Below are positions 6,577-15,373 of a stretch of 39,823 nt of DNA, in pieces (positions within the stretch are counted from its first letter, which is position 1; each line of letters begins with the position of its first letter). Below the pieces are notes generated by a model, which was given only the letters and a program-made list of their open reading frames with translations, had not been told where the DNA came from and made no database searches. The stretch is from positions 1 through 39,823 of IMG/VR virus record IMGVR_UViG_3300024246_000011. One strand, 5' to 3'. Origin of the DNA: a virus (Duplodnaviria; Caudoviricetes). A program made the translations under genes and the position numbers.

Positions 6577-8871
6577 CTAGAAATCCTCATCAGTCCCCGG
6601 CCACACTGTAGGGCTCCCGATGTAGCTGTCCCATTCTTTACGGCACTGCTCCAGCGGCGGCAACCGATACACCCACGCCTGCTCTTCACCCACCCATTTT
6701 TTCTTATCGGTCATGAGCGAGGGACAGACGGTGCGCAGGTCCCGCCCGATCGAGATGGCGGATGGCCGCCACCCAGAGATAGCGCGCTGCTGGCAGTAGC
6801 GGTTGAACGCTTCCCGGATGCGCGTCTTTTCCGGGTCGTGGGGCCACTCTTCGGGGAAGTCCCCCTCCACGATTCGCCCGTCCCGAAGACACTCCAACCA
6901 CCACTGGTACAGCGGGGGGAGGGACATCTCCTTTTGCTCTGCGAGCCCCTGTGTAAACGGCGCCTCATTCGCGTCGAAGTCAGTCAGGTCCATCTGCTGA
7001 AGGTAGGTCAGGAGGTACCGATACCCGCCGGCCTCCATCAACTTCCGCATCCGGTGGAACCACTGGCGCACCCTCCGTTTATCATCCACCGTTACGAAAG
7101 GGTGGCTCCTCATCGCGACATCGAAGACCGCCCACCGCCGTTCATCCTTCAAGCTAGCCGGGATCAGCCACCGCTCATTGCCGATGATGACCAGCCTCAT
7201 GAAGTTATCCGCCCGGTACGGCTCCCGAAATTTCTCTTCAATCGGCAGATCCATCCGGGTGATCAGCTCCTTGACGACGGACTTCGCTTGCTCATTACCG
7301 CTCCAGAAGGCTTCTTCCAGAACGAACAGGACCAGATGGCGCATGTAGGAATTGAAATTACCCAGCAGATACCGCTGATCAGAGGCCGCGAAGTAATGGG
7401 AGGGGAAGAGTGCGCCCACCCGATCAATGCCGGCACTCTTCCCGTTCCCGTGGCCGCCACGAAAGACGAGGGCGGTTAGTGGCTTCTCCTCCGGGTGCTG
7501 GATCATATGTGCGAAGAAGCAGAGAAGCCAGTGGGCGAGCTTCTCATCGCGATTACAGTAGTTGACCAGAACGTGGGTCTTGAACATGCCCACCGATTCC
7601 AGCATACCCTCAGTCGGCTTCTCGCCCTTCGCCAGCGGCTTGTACGCGAACCCCCGCCACAGATTGTAGAAACGAGGCGGAGCGCCGCCGGGGGCGAACA
7701 CAGTGCCGTCATAGGACCGCCGGTGCTGCCAGCCCAGCCACTGCTCCGCCACGGAGAGCATTTTCTTCCCGTCCTGGGAGAGCATCCGCTCCCCAAGGTG
7801 CTTCAGGAAGAAGTCCTCCTTGCTCATGAACTCCAGGCGAGGGCGTCCCTTGTGGTCAATGTCCTCCCACATGATTCGAGCCTTGTTCCCAACCATCACG
7901 AAGGCGTGATTGCGATTGATGAGATGCATCGGGGTACCCGATGACTCGCCAGTACCGGATTCCTTCTCCGGCGTGTCCTTCGGTTCTTCCTTGGGCTTCT
8001 CCGGTTCTGGCTCCTCCCCCACCGGGGTAAAGTAGGACTCCGGCGCCGCGCTGCCCGCAGGGCTCTGGGCGTACTTGTAGGCAGAGGCCACGGCGTGGGC
8101 CACCTCTTCCTGGCCAAAGTCGCCGTCCCGCCGCCACCAGAGATCCATCTGCTCGGTGGCATCGTCCTGGGAGAGCCCAAACTCGCGGAGCCGGCAGGCC
8201 GCCACATAGCACAGGGCGTCCCGCTGGCGCTCCGGGGCAGGTGGAAGGCCGTTGAGGTAGTCCAGGGTCTTCCGGAGCGCCTGGCGGCGATCCACGACGG
8301 CCGGGGGAGTATCCCCCTTCACCCTGGACTCTGCCGGCGGGTGCCGGTAGGCGAACTCGACCAGCCAGGTTGGCGCCGGGGCTACCGGTTTCCCGTTGTG
8401 CGTGTAGGTCCCGGCGTCGATCTCCGCGCCGGCCCCCAGGATGTAGTTGTGGTGACTCCGGATGTCGAGCCCTTCTCCCAGACCGCCGGCTGCCACGGAG
8501 CAGCCCACTGGAGCCGTGTAAACGAGGTGGCGCCCGCCCGATGGTGTGGCTTGGGTGAAGGTCACCGGGAAATCGTACCCTTCGATGACCTGGAGTGATT
8601 CCAGGGTGGCGTCTCCGCCGTGCTTCGGGTCCACGTCCACCACGATGAGGTATTGCTCCTGGTACTTGGTGGTAGAGATCGCGGGATTGTGGTCGGCAGC
8701 CGAATCCATGTCCGCGTCATAATTCCACATCTCACGAAGTATCTTCTCGTCGGTGGTCGCCCGCTCCCAGAACTTCTTGAACAGGGGCGGGCTCTTCTTC
8801 CCCGCGGCCACCGGGAAGACGGAGAACCCCAGTCGGGCTAGCTCCAGCGCGCAATCCAGGAAGGTTTTCAC
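6577..8871 (-). CDS. Bifunctional primase-polymerase (Prim-Pol) fused to D5/DUF5906-type helicase
   Basis: GFSVFPV, VVDVDPKHGG, TPSGGRHLVY, GLDIR N-terminal Prim-Pol motifs; Walker A GGHGNGKS, LEEA, IIGN, DERRWAV; GTG overlaps polymerase stop. Confidence 0.9.
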   Translation of the reverse strand: MKTFLDCALELARLGFSVFPVAAGKKSPPLFKKFWERATTDEKILREMWNYDADMDSAADHNPAISTTKYQEQYLIVVDVDPKHGGDATLESLQVIEGYDFPVTFTQATPSGGRHLVYTAPVGCSVAAGGLGEGLDIRSHHNYILGAGAEIDAGTYTHNGKPVAPAPTWLVEFAYRHPPAESRVKGDTPPAVVDRRQALRKTLDYLNGLPPAPERQRDALCYVAACRLREFGLSQDDATEQMDLWWRRDGDFGQEEVAHAVASAYKYAQSPAGSAAPESYFTPVGEEPEPEKPKEEPKDTPEKESGTGESSGTPMHLINRNHAFVMVGNKARIMWEDIDHKGRPRLEFMSKEDFFLKHLGERMLSQDGKKMLSVAEQWLGWQHRRSYDGTVFAPGGAPPRFYNLWRGFAYKPLAKGEKPTEGMLESVGMFKTHVLVNYCNRDEKLAHWLLCFFAHMIQHPEEKPLTALVFRGGHGNGKSAGIDRVGALFPSHYFAASDQRYLLGNFNSYMRHLVLFVLEEAFWSGNEQAKSVVKELITRMDLPIEEKFREPYRADNFMRLVIIGNERWLIPASLKDERRWAVFDVAMRSHPFVTVDDKRRVRQWFHRMRKLMEAGGYRYLLTYLQQMDLTDFDANEAPFTQGLAEQKEMSLPPLYQWWLECLRDGRIVEGDFPEEWPHDPEKTRIREAFNRYCQQRAISGWRPSAISIGRDLRTVCPSLMTDKKKWVGEEQAWVYRLPPLEQCRKEWDSYIGSPTVWPGTDEDF

Positions 8872-10898
8872 TTGCGGTACCTCCCCGCCGTGAAGATGCT
8901 GGCGGAGTAGGGCAGAGTAGAGGCCCATTCGGGCCTCCGGGTGAAGAGGGCCATTACCTCCGTCTCGCGCGCCCTGCTCGCCTCCGGGTCAAGGATCGGG
9001 ACTTCAGGAACCCCCTCGTCATGCGCGTGAGTCACTACCGGATAACCCTCTTCTTCCAGGTTCAACATCCCGTGAGCCAGGAGCATCATTGCATCGTGCT
9101 GAGTAATGTTCTCCAGACCATGACCACCATAGTAATGATTCCGGAACCAGCGCCGATCCTTGCTCTTCATGTAGGTGACCGCAGGGTGACCGAACTTCCC
9201 GCGCTCGACCTTCGGGTAGGGATAGGAGAGCACTTCCCCGGAAGGGGTCTTGCACCGCAAGAACTTGCCCCGGAACAGGAAGGTGACGCGCCGCGCCTCG
9301 TCCGGCCCCAGTGAGTACGGGTGGCCAGGGTTCTTCACGGCCTCGATCGCTCGCTCGTTCACCTGCGCCCAGTACTCGACGTATTCAGGATGAGCTTCCC
9401 GCCAGATATCCCGCCACCGAAGAGCCTCGGTATCACCCGGGTAGGGCAGCCCTTGTTGAATGCACATTTTCGAAACCGCTCCCTTACCCCCCTGATAACC
9501 GGACGACAGCTCGCTGACCTTCCCCTTCTGGCGCTGCACCTTGGTGACCGGATCATCAGGCCCCAGCCCCAGGATCCGCCGGGCAGCCACCTTGTACACA
9601 TCCCCGCCCGCCGCCATGAAGGCAACCTTCTTGTCATCTCCCACCAGCCAGGCGGAGACCAGCGCCTCGATGGACACCAGATCCGGCCCCAGCAGAACGT
9701 GGCCGGGCGTCGGCACGATGAGCCCCCGGAGGCAATCAGAAAACACCGACATCGGCCGGCCCCATAGGGTCCGGATCGCGTCCAGGGTCTCCAGGTCATC
9801 CCCTTCCTTCTGCCGCGAAATCCAATCCAGAATCGTCTCGATCAGATCGGCCGGCAGCTCTGGCCGGGGCATGTTCTGGGATTGGATGGCCCGCCCCGAC
9901 CAGCGAAACGTACTCACCGCACCGCCCATCTGGAAGCAGCCCCGGGCTCGCCCGTCCTCCTGAACCCGCTGAAGCATTGCCTCTAGCTTGGCTACTGATG
10001 ACTTGGCGGCCTCTTGACGGATCAGGAGCGCCTTCCGAACCTCCGCCGGCAAGTCAGGGAGGGCCAGCAGGTCAGCCAGATCGTGCTTGTCCAGAGAGGG
10101 GACCTTGATCCCGAACGTCTTGACCCATTCCCCGATCTTCCCCACCTGGGAGAAGGTGGTACCGCAGAGCGGGCGCAGCTCGTTGTTGAGCCGGTCCTGC
10201 TCGATCTTCGCCAGCCGCTTCAGGATGGTCACCGCCGGCACGTCAATCCGCATTCCGCGGTCATTGATTCGCTGGTCCATGATGTAGACCTTGCGACGGA
10301 ACGCAGAGAGCGCCTTGACTTCCTTTGCGATCATGCGCTCAACTCTTACGTCCCCCAAACAATAGGCGTAAGTGTTGGCAAACCGCTGGGGGTGCGACTC
10401 GGGGGTGGCCCAGAGCGGCTCCCCCATGCAGGGGTCCACCCCAATCGGTTTACAGATGTAAACCATGTCCTTCCGCTTTTCCATATCCTTCCGCTCCGGG
10501 AGCTGGAGAGCGGCGGCGGCATTCTCCAAGCTCATCGGCAAGGCCATGTTGGCGCAGAGGATTTGAGTGCAAACCATCTGCTCGATGGCTAGCTGAGGAA
10601 ACCCGTATCGCGGCATCACGTGACGGAACAGCAGGCGCTCGAAGATCGCGTTGTGCGCCCAGACTTCGCCGCCCGCCTTGACGTGATGGACGAACTCCGG
10701 GAGCGGCGGTCCATACACCATACGCATCCCAAGCGCGGGCTTGTGGAGTTCCGGGAGCCACAGAAACGGCTCCTCATCGTTCTTCGCCAGCGCAAGGCAG
10801 AGAACATCAGTGGAGGGGTGGGCCATGTAATGGTACTGGCCGCGCTTCTTCAGGTCACATGCGCTACGGGTCTCTGCGTCGATGTACCAGATATCCAT
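8868..10898 (-). CDS. Phage DNA polymerase, family A, with 3'-5' exonuclease domain
   Basis: Exo motifs IDAET, AHNAIFER, YCLGDV; TFRWSGRAIQSQNMPR; motif A DLVSIEA; motif B RQKGKVSELSSGY; motif C HAHDE. Confidence 0.93.
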   Translation of the reverse strand: MDIWYIDAETRSACDLKKRGQYHYMAHPSTDVLCLALAKNDEEPFLWLPELHKPALGMRMVYGPPLPEFVHHVKAGGEVWAHNAIFERLLFRHVMPRYGFPQLAIEQMVCTQILCANMALPMSLENAAAALQLPERKDMEKRKDMVYICKPIGVDPCMGEPLWATPESHPQRFANTYAYCLGDVRVERMIAKEVKALSAFRRKVYIMDQRINDRGMRIDVPAVTILKRLAKIEQDRLNNELRPLCGTTFSQVGKIGEWVKTFGIKVPSLDKHDLADLLALPDLPAEVRKALLIRQEAAKSSVAKLEAMLQRVQEDGRARGCFQMGGAVSTFRWSGRAIQSQNMPRPELPADLIETILDWISRQKEGDDLETLDAIRTLWGRPMSVFSDCLRGLIVPTPGHVLLGPDLVSIEALVSAWLVGDDKKVAFMAAGGDVYKVAARRILGLGPDDPVTKVQRQKGKVSELSSGYQGGKGAVSKMCIQQGLPYPGDTEALRWRDIWREAHPEYVEYWAQVNERAIEAVKNPGHPYSLGPDEARRVTFLFRGKFLRCKTPSGEVLSYPYPKVERGKFGHPAVTYMKSKDRRWFRNHYYGGHGLENITQHDAMMLLAHGMLNLEEEGYPVVTHAHDEGVPEVPILDPEASRARETEVMALFTRRPEWASTLPYSASIFTAGRYRK

Positions 10899-10905
10899 AG
10901 GGAGT

Positions 10906-10932
10906 GAAAGACCCGGGCGGGAGGCCCGGGTC
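10906..10932 (-). terminator. Hairpin / weak terminator between SSB and polymerase genes
   Basis: GACCCGGGC-5 nt-GCCCGGGTC followed by TTTC on - strand, ~11 nt before polymerase ATG. Confidence 0.55.
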
Positions 10933-10962
10933 CAGGTCGTTTACACGGTGTAGGCTCTCAGG

Positions 10963-11640
10963 TCAGAAGTTCTCGTCTTCGTCCTCGCTGCTACCGAATT
11001 CATCGGCGTTCGTCGCGCCTTCATCGGCGCCGCCGGCCAGCTCCTCGACCGGCCTGAAATAGTCCTCGGCGCGGACCCGGCCGGCGATGTTCTCGCCTTC
11101 CGCGATCTTCTGGAGGCATTCCAGGGAGAACTTCACCCCGCGGTTGCCCTCCTGGTCATAGCCGTAAGCGGAGAACACGCCGATGCAGATGCAGCCCGGA
11201 TAGAGCACCTGCGCCGATGTAATCGGGCGCATCCGCTGGTCCCGGCAATCCGGCGCCTGACGGGTGCCCGCGTTCACGTTGATGAAGGTGCCGCCAGCCA
11301 TGTACCCGGGGACCGGAATGGCTTCCCCGTCGTCCTTCTCCTCCCACTTTTCCTCGCACTTGAAGAAGGTGGTCTTGAGGCCCTTCGGCTTGGTCTTGAA
11401 GAACCCGTCCCGCGCCTCCGCGGCGAGCTTCTTCATCTCGGTCAGGTCGCCCCAGGCGAATCCCTTGGGGGCGCCGGCCGGGATCGGGTAATCCTTGGGA
11501 GGGAAGATGGCCACGCAATTATACTGCGGCTCGCGTGGCTGCTGCCCGGGCCGCGGCTGGCGGACCTGCGGCTCGATCAGGTGAGGGTGACTGAGGACGA
11601 AGGGCGGGGACTGGATCTTGCGGCTCTTGAACTTTGCCAT
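10963..11640 (-). CDS. Single-stranded DNA-binding protein (DUF2815 / gp2.5-like)
   Basis: AGGAG RBS, ATG 11640; LSHPHL, LYPGC, AYGYDQEGNRGVKFSLECLQKIAEGE, acidic tail ending in F. Confidence 0.85.
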   Translation of the reverse strand: MAKFKSRKIQSPPFVLSHPHLIEPQVRQPRPGQQPREPQYNCVAIFPPKDYPIPAGAPKGFAWGDLTEMKKLAAEARDGFFKTKPKGLKTTFFKCEEKWEEKDDGEAIPVPGYMAGGTFINVNAGTRQAPDCRDQRMRPITSAQVLYPGCICIGVFSAYGYDQEGNRGVKFSLECLQKIAEGENIAGRVRAEDYFRPVEELAGGADEGATNADEFGSSEDEDENF

Positions 11641-11698
11641 GATGAATGGTCTCCTGGTTTTACGGTTTTTGGGAAGGTACGGTTTGAACGGTTTGAGG

Positions 11699-12982
11699 TC
11701 AAAAGGTCTCGGAGTCTTCGTCTTCTTCGGTTTCCTCCTCTCCCCCGTCCTCCTCGATGGCCTTGAAGTAATCCTCGGCGCGGGCCTTGTAGGGTGCCCG
11801 CTCATCCGATTCGTCCACGAGTTGGGGGGAGCCCCCCGCCCAGTGCCAGAGCTTGTCGAACGCCTTCTGTTGTGCTGGGGGCAGGGCTTCCCGAATCTGA
11901 TTCACGGTCTTGAGCTTCGGCTGGGAGTAGATGGCCGCCTCGGGGAGCCCCAGCCCGCCCAGCTCCGCCTCGGTGGTCAGCTCGTCCGCGATGTTCTTGG
12001 GATCGTTGTAGACCCGGCTGCGCTTGCCAGCCACGAGTTTGCTCCCGGGGACCTTGCCGCCCTTGAGGGCGTGGTTCCGGGCCATTACCAAGAGCGCCTT
12101 GGCCCACGGCAAGAACTTGCGGGCGAACGCCACCGCGCGCTCCATCTTCGCCGCGGGGTAGTCTACCGGCACCGGGAGCAGCATTTCAACTCCCGTGCGC
12201 TTTGCCTCGACGGAGAAGGCCGGACAGATCGGCTTGGCGTCACAGAAATGACAGTGCTCACCGGCGTTCAAGGTGAGACGGCTGGCCCCCTCTTCCTGGT
12301 CCTCGCCGCTCTGGTAGGCTTCGTTGAGCACCGCCTTCTCCGCCTCGACCTTCTGGATGGCGTCCCGGACCTCCTCTTCGAATAATTCGAGATCCATCGA
12401 ATCGAGGGACCACTTCTTCGGTTCCCGGGAGAGCCGAACCTGATGGATGTACAGGTCGATGCGCTCGGGCTTCAACTTGTACTGGGCACAAGCCGCGACG
12501 GCGTAGCCCATGAGCTGGGGATTCCTTTCCGCATCCACCGGCCACTTCCCCGTCTTCAGATCATGAACCTGAAGAATCTTTGCTGTGTGGTCGTAGATCA
12601 GGGCGTCAACTGTGCCGCGGCAATCCGGGTGAATGTTGGGCGCCGCCACCCGTGCCTCGACCAGATAGAGGATCTTGGAGTAAACGCCGGTCTTGGGTAA
12701 GCAGCCCCACACCGTGTAAACGTAGGGCCGCACCAGGTTCTCGATCGAGGGATCGGTCCCCTGGGGGGCGCTGCCGTGGAGCAACCAAAAAGCGGCCACC
12801 ATATGACACAGGGTTCCGTGGTCGGCCGCGGTGCTGGACGGCTGGCGGGGGACGGTGGCGATGAGCGCGACACTCCCCGGGCAAGCCATCCACCGTTCCG
12901 CGCCGGAGAATCCGATCGGGGAGTGACCCTCGTCGGACTCATCGAGCGAACCTTCCATCGGGCGCATCGGTGGGCTGCTCAT
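11699..12982 (-). CDS. DUF2800 / Cas4-like PD-(D/E)XK exonuclease
   Basis: HS..GFSGAERWMACPGS, ADHGTLCH, GTVDA, VHDLKTG, NPQLMGYA, GEHCHFC...CP. Confidence 0.88.
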   Translation of the reverse strand: MSSPPMRPMEGSLDESDEGHSPIGFSGAERWMACPGSVALIATVPRQPSSTAADHGTLCHMVAAFWLLHGSAPQGTDPSIENLVRPYVYTVWGCLPKTGVYSKILYLVEARVAAPNIHPDCRGTVDALIYDHTAKILQVHDLKTGKWPVDAERNPQLMGYAVAACAQYKLKPERIDLYIHQVRLSREPKKWSLDSMDLELFEEEVRDAIQKVEAEKAVLNEAYQSGEDQEEGASRLTLNAGEHCHFCDAKPICPAFSVEAKRTGVEMLLPVPVDYPAAKMERAVAFARKFLPWAKALLVMARNHALKGGKVPGSKLVAGKRSRVYNDPKNIADELTTEAELGGLGLPEAAIYSQPKLKTVNQIREALPPAQQKAFDKLWHWAGGSPQLVDESDERAPYKARAEDYFKAIEEDGGEEETEEDEDSETF

Positions 12983-13080
12983 CGGCGATTCCCCACGAAG
13001 ACGGCGGCGAGGATGCCGCAGAAGATGCCCGCGATGGCGGACAGAATGACGGTGGCGAGAAGGGCGAGGAAGTTCTTCAC
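12979..13080 (-). CDS. 33-aa membrane peptide
   Basis: MKNFLALLATVILSAIAGIFCGILAAVFVGNRR; AAGGAG RBS; 4-nt overlaps with both neighbours. Confidence 0.65.
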   Translation of the reverse strand: MKNFLALLATVILSAIAGIFCGILAAVFVGNRR

Positions 13081-13373
13081 TTCTTCTCCTTCTTGGGCGG
13101 GTGGATCCGCCTCGGGATCTTCTTCGCCGTCACGCGTTCCTTCGCGTCGAAGTGATCCTGAGCGATCTTCCCTTCAGCCACCAATTGCTTGAACTTCTCA
13201 CGCTGAGCTTCACTGAGGAAGCCCTTCACCGGCTGCTGCTCTTCCTTCTTCGCCATGTCCAGAATATCCTCCATGTAGCTGCCAAGGACCTTCAGGTAGC
13301 CACCAATGACATCTAGGGCGAGCCGAACACTGCCGACGATCGCCGCTAGCTCCGCCGCCTCCCGCTTCTTCAT
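13077..13373 (-). CDS. Hypothetical protein
   Basis: ORF tiling with neighbours, phage-like codon use. Confidence 0.65.
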   Translation of the reverse strand: MKKREAAELAAIVGSVRLALDVIGGYLKVLGSYMEDILDMAKKEEQQPVKGFLSEAQREKFKQLVAEGKIAQDHFDAKERVTAKKIPRRIHPPKKEKK

Positions 13374-13374
13374 C

Positions 13375-13608
13375 CTAGTTCACCGGACCCGATTCCTGGT
13401 CCTCTGCCGCTCGCACTGCCGAATACACTCCACCAGGAGGCAGAACCCCGGCCAGCATGTGCAGGATATCCGCGCTGAATTTTGGAATCCCGCGGAAAAC
13501 CCACACGCCCCGCCAATAGATCCAGCCCCGCGACAGCATCCACGGTTCCAGCAGGTCCATTGTCACTCTCCAGGTCGTGTAAACGGTGTGGGGCGCGTTC
13601 CCGTCCAT
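13375..13608 (-). CDS. Hypothetical protein
   Basis: 77-aa ORF tiling on - strand. Confidence 0.55.
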   Translation of the reverse strand: MDGNAPHTVYTTWRVTMDLLEPWMLSRGWIYWRGVWVFRGIPKFSADILHMLAGVLPPGGVYSAVRAAEDQESGPVN

Positions 13609-13647
13609 TCCAGTAGCCGGTCCCGCGCCCCTCCCCGAGAACTACTG

Positions 13648-14046
13648 CTAGAAGTCCTCCCCGGCCTCCGGCATCGCCGCTTCCGCGTCCTTCTTGACGG
13701 CGCCGAGCTGGTCTTCCTTCAGGTCGGTGCTCTGCGTCACCCCGTACTTCTTCAGCAGCGTCTTGACCGCCTTGAGGCCGAGCTTCTTGTCGGGACCCTC
13801 CTTGGCGTCGATGGCGTCGCGCAGGTCGGTGAGGGCCTTCTTCACTTCCTCCAGCGTGGACGCGGGACCAGCCGGCGCGGCCTTCTCTTCCTTCTCCTTG
13901 GGAGCCGCTTCCTTCTTCGCGGCCTTCTCCTTGGCCGGGGCGCCCCCCACCATCGCCTGGAGCTTGGCGGTCTGTTCCTGCATGAGTGTGAGCAGCTCCG
14001 CCGGAGTGTCCGCTTCACCATGAAAACCCCAAAGCTTCTGACCCAT
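13648..14046 (-). CDS. Ala/Lys/Glu-rich hypothetical protein of the replication cluster
   Basis: AAGGA RBS, ATG 14046 (GTG 14154 possible); C-terminal TLEEVKKAL...KTLLKKYGV...DLKEDQL domain typical of the gene ahead of DUF2800. Confidence 0.7.
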   Translation of the reverse strand: MGQKLWGFHGEADTPAELLTLMQEQTAKLQAMVGGAPAKEKAAKKEAAPKEKEEKAAPAGPASTLEEVKKALTDLRDAIDAKEGPDKKLGLKAVKTLLKKYGVTQSTDLKEDQLGAVKKDAEAAMPEAGEDF

Positions 14047-14150
14047 GATTCCATTTCCTTTCCGTATGAAGGCAGCCCGTTGCGGGCTCACCTCGATCGT
14101 GCCTTGCCTGTTCAGGCCGAAGGCGAAGTCCATGTGCAGATTGAAAATGT

Positions 14151-14399
14151 TCACTTGCCATCCCCCCGGGGCCGCCCGACGAGAAATCGCGCCACCATGA
14201 CCGCCCGCGGGTCCACCCGAAGCATCTTGCAGAGGATCCGAAAATGCACGTCTCCGATGGGACGATTCCCGTTCAAGTAGGCCGATAAGACGGGCACTGT
14301 GATCCCTTCCCCTCCGGGCTGCTGGCGGCAGAAGACCGCCAGATTCCAGAGGGAATACCCCCGTTTCTTCCGGAGGGCAGCCAGGACAACCCGTCTCAC
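14151..14399 (-). CDS. XRE-family helix-turn-helix protein
   Basis: LRKKRGYSLWNLA...ITVPVLSAYLNGNR...LCKMLRV; GGAGG RBS. Confidence 0.75.
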   Translation of the reverse strand: MRRVVLAALRKKRGYSLWNLAVFCRQQPGGEGITVPVLSAYLNGNRPIGDVHFRILCKMLRVDPRAVMVARFLVGRPRGDGK

Positions 14400-14689
14400 G
14401 CCGTCCTCCCGTCGAGGGCGGACAACAACTTCTCTAACCGGCGCAGCTCCGTGTCATTGTCCCGGAGCGCCACCATCGCCCCTTGCAACTTGGAATCCAG
14501 CTCTGCCGCCTTCGCTTCGGCGGCCTTCAGATCAGCGGTCAAGCTGTCCACCCGGTTGAGCTGCTCCACGATATACCGGGCGTTCTGCTCCAGGTAGCAA
14601 GTCGCGATCCTGCTGTCATAAGTGTCGCTGATCCGGAAGTGCTCGCCCTTCACGGCCTGGACAAGTTCGTACTTGAATGGTCCGTTCAT
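14396..14689 (-). CDS. Hypothetical coiled-coil protein
   Basis: AGGAGG RBS, ATG 14689, just downstream of promoter 14714-14743. Confidence 0.7.
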   Translation of the reverse strand: MNGPFKYELVQAVKGEHFRISDTYDSRIATCYLEQNARYIVEQLNRVDSLTADLKAAEAKAAELDSKLQGAMVALRDNDTELRRLEKLLSALDGRTA

Positions 14690-14713
14690 TCGCTCCGTCC
14701 TCCTGACCTGACC

Positions 14714-14743
14714 AGCATAACCGACCACTTACCAGAACGTCAA
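14714..14743 (-). promoter_or_regulatory. Sigma70-type promoter
   Basis: TTGACG-18 bp-TATGCT with AT-rich upstream tract. Confidence 0.65.
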
Positions 14744-14797
14744 GAAGATTTTGGTAATTATTTTCGAAGGGTGGGAACTCGGACCCAGAGCCTACTA

Positions 14798-15373
14798 TCA
14801 GCCCCACTGTTCTGCCATTGCCGCAGCGATGCCCGGATATGTCCGGCTCCGTAGCTTCCAGCGATCCGGCCCCGGGGCAGCGCGATGGACCCTGTCTTCC
14901 CTGCCGGATACAATCATCGTAGGCCGCAACAAAGGTAACCCGGCCAGCCACAAACACGTGGCTTTGACTTCGCCATGACCGAACATCCACGGTTGAATGA
15001 TTTGATTCGGTTTTCTCCATACAGAAGACAACTTTCCGACTGGATTCTCGATTGCTATTCTCGGGATGCCGCATGCAATGAGTGCCCCTACGAAATCTAT
15101 AGCGGCTTGTTGCTCCATCATTCGACCAGCCCACCATCGGGCGCCACTGACTGCGAGATAGGTACAAGGTGGATGTGCGATCAGTATATCCCACGAGAGA
15201 GAGAGCACTTCCCGGACATCACACTGGAAATGCTCCCCTTCATCCTCTGCTGGTAGCAGATCGCATGAATACGCTATATGCCCGCGCTCACGGAAAGCGC
15301 GTCGGACTACGCCGCTAAATTCGCACGCGACGAGTACCCGAAGCCGCCTCCGCGCTGTAATGAGGAACGTCAT
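14798..15373 (-). CDS. Phage DNA cytosine methyltransferase-like protein
   Basis: RVLVACEFSG, YSCDLLP, WDILIAHPPCTYL (PC motif), IENPV, RSRTYPGIAAAMAEQW. Confidence 0.85.
   Translation of the reverse strand: MTFLITARRRLRVLVACEFSGVVRRAFRERGHIAYSCDLLPAEDEGEHFQCDVREVLSLSWDILIAHPPCTYLAVSGARWWAGRMMEQQAAIDFVGALIACGIPRIAIENPVGKLSSVWRKPNQIIQPWMFGHGEVKATCLWLAGLPLLRPTMIVSGREDRVHRAAPGPDRWKLRSRTYPGIAAAMAEQWG

Noticed and set aside
11699-12982. CRISPR-Cas system suggested by Cas4-like nuclease
   Set aside because: No repeat-spacer array or other cas genes; DUF2800 next to SSB and PolA is an ordinary phage replication module
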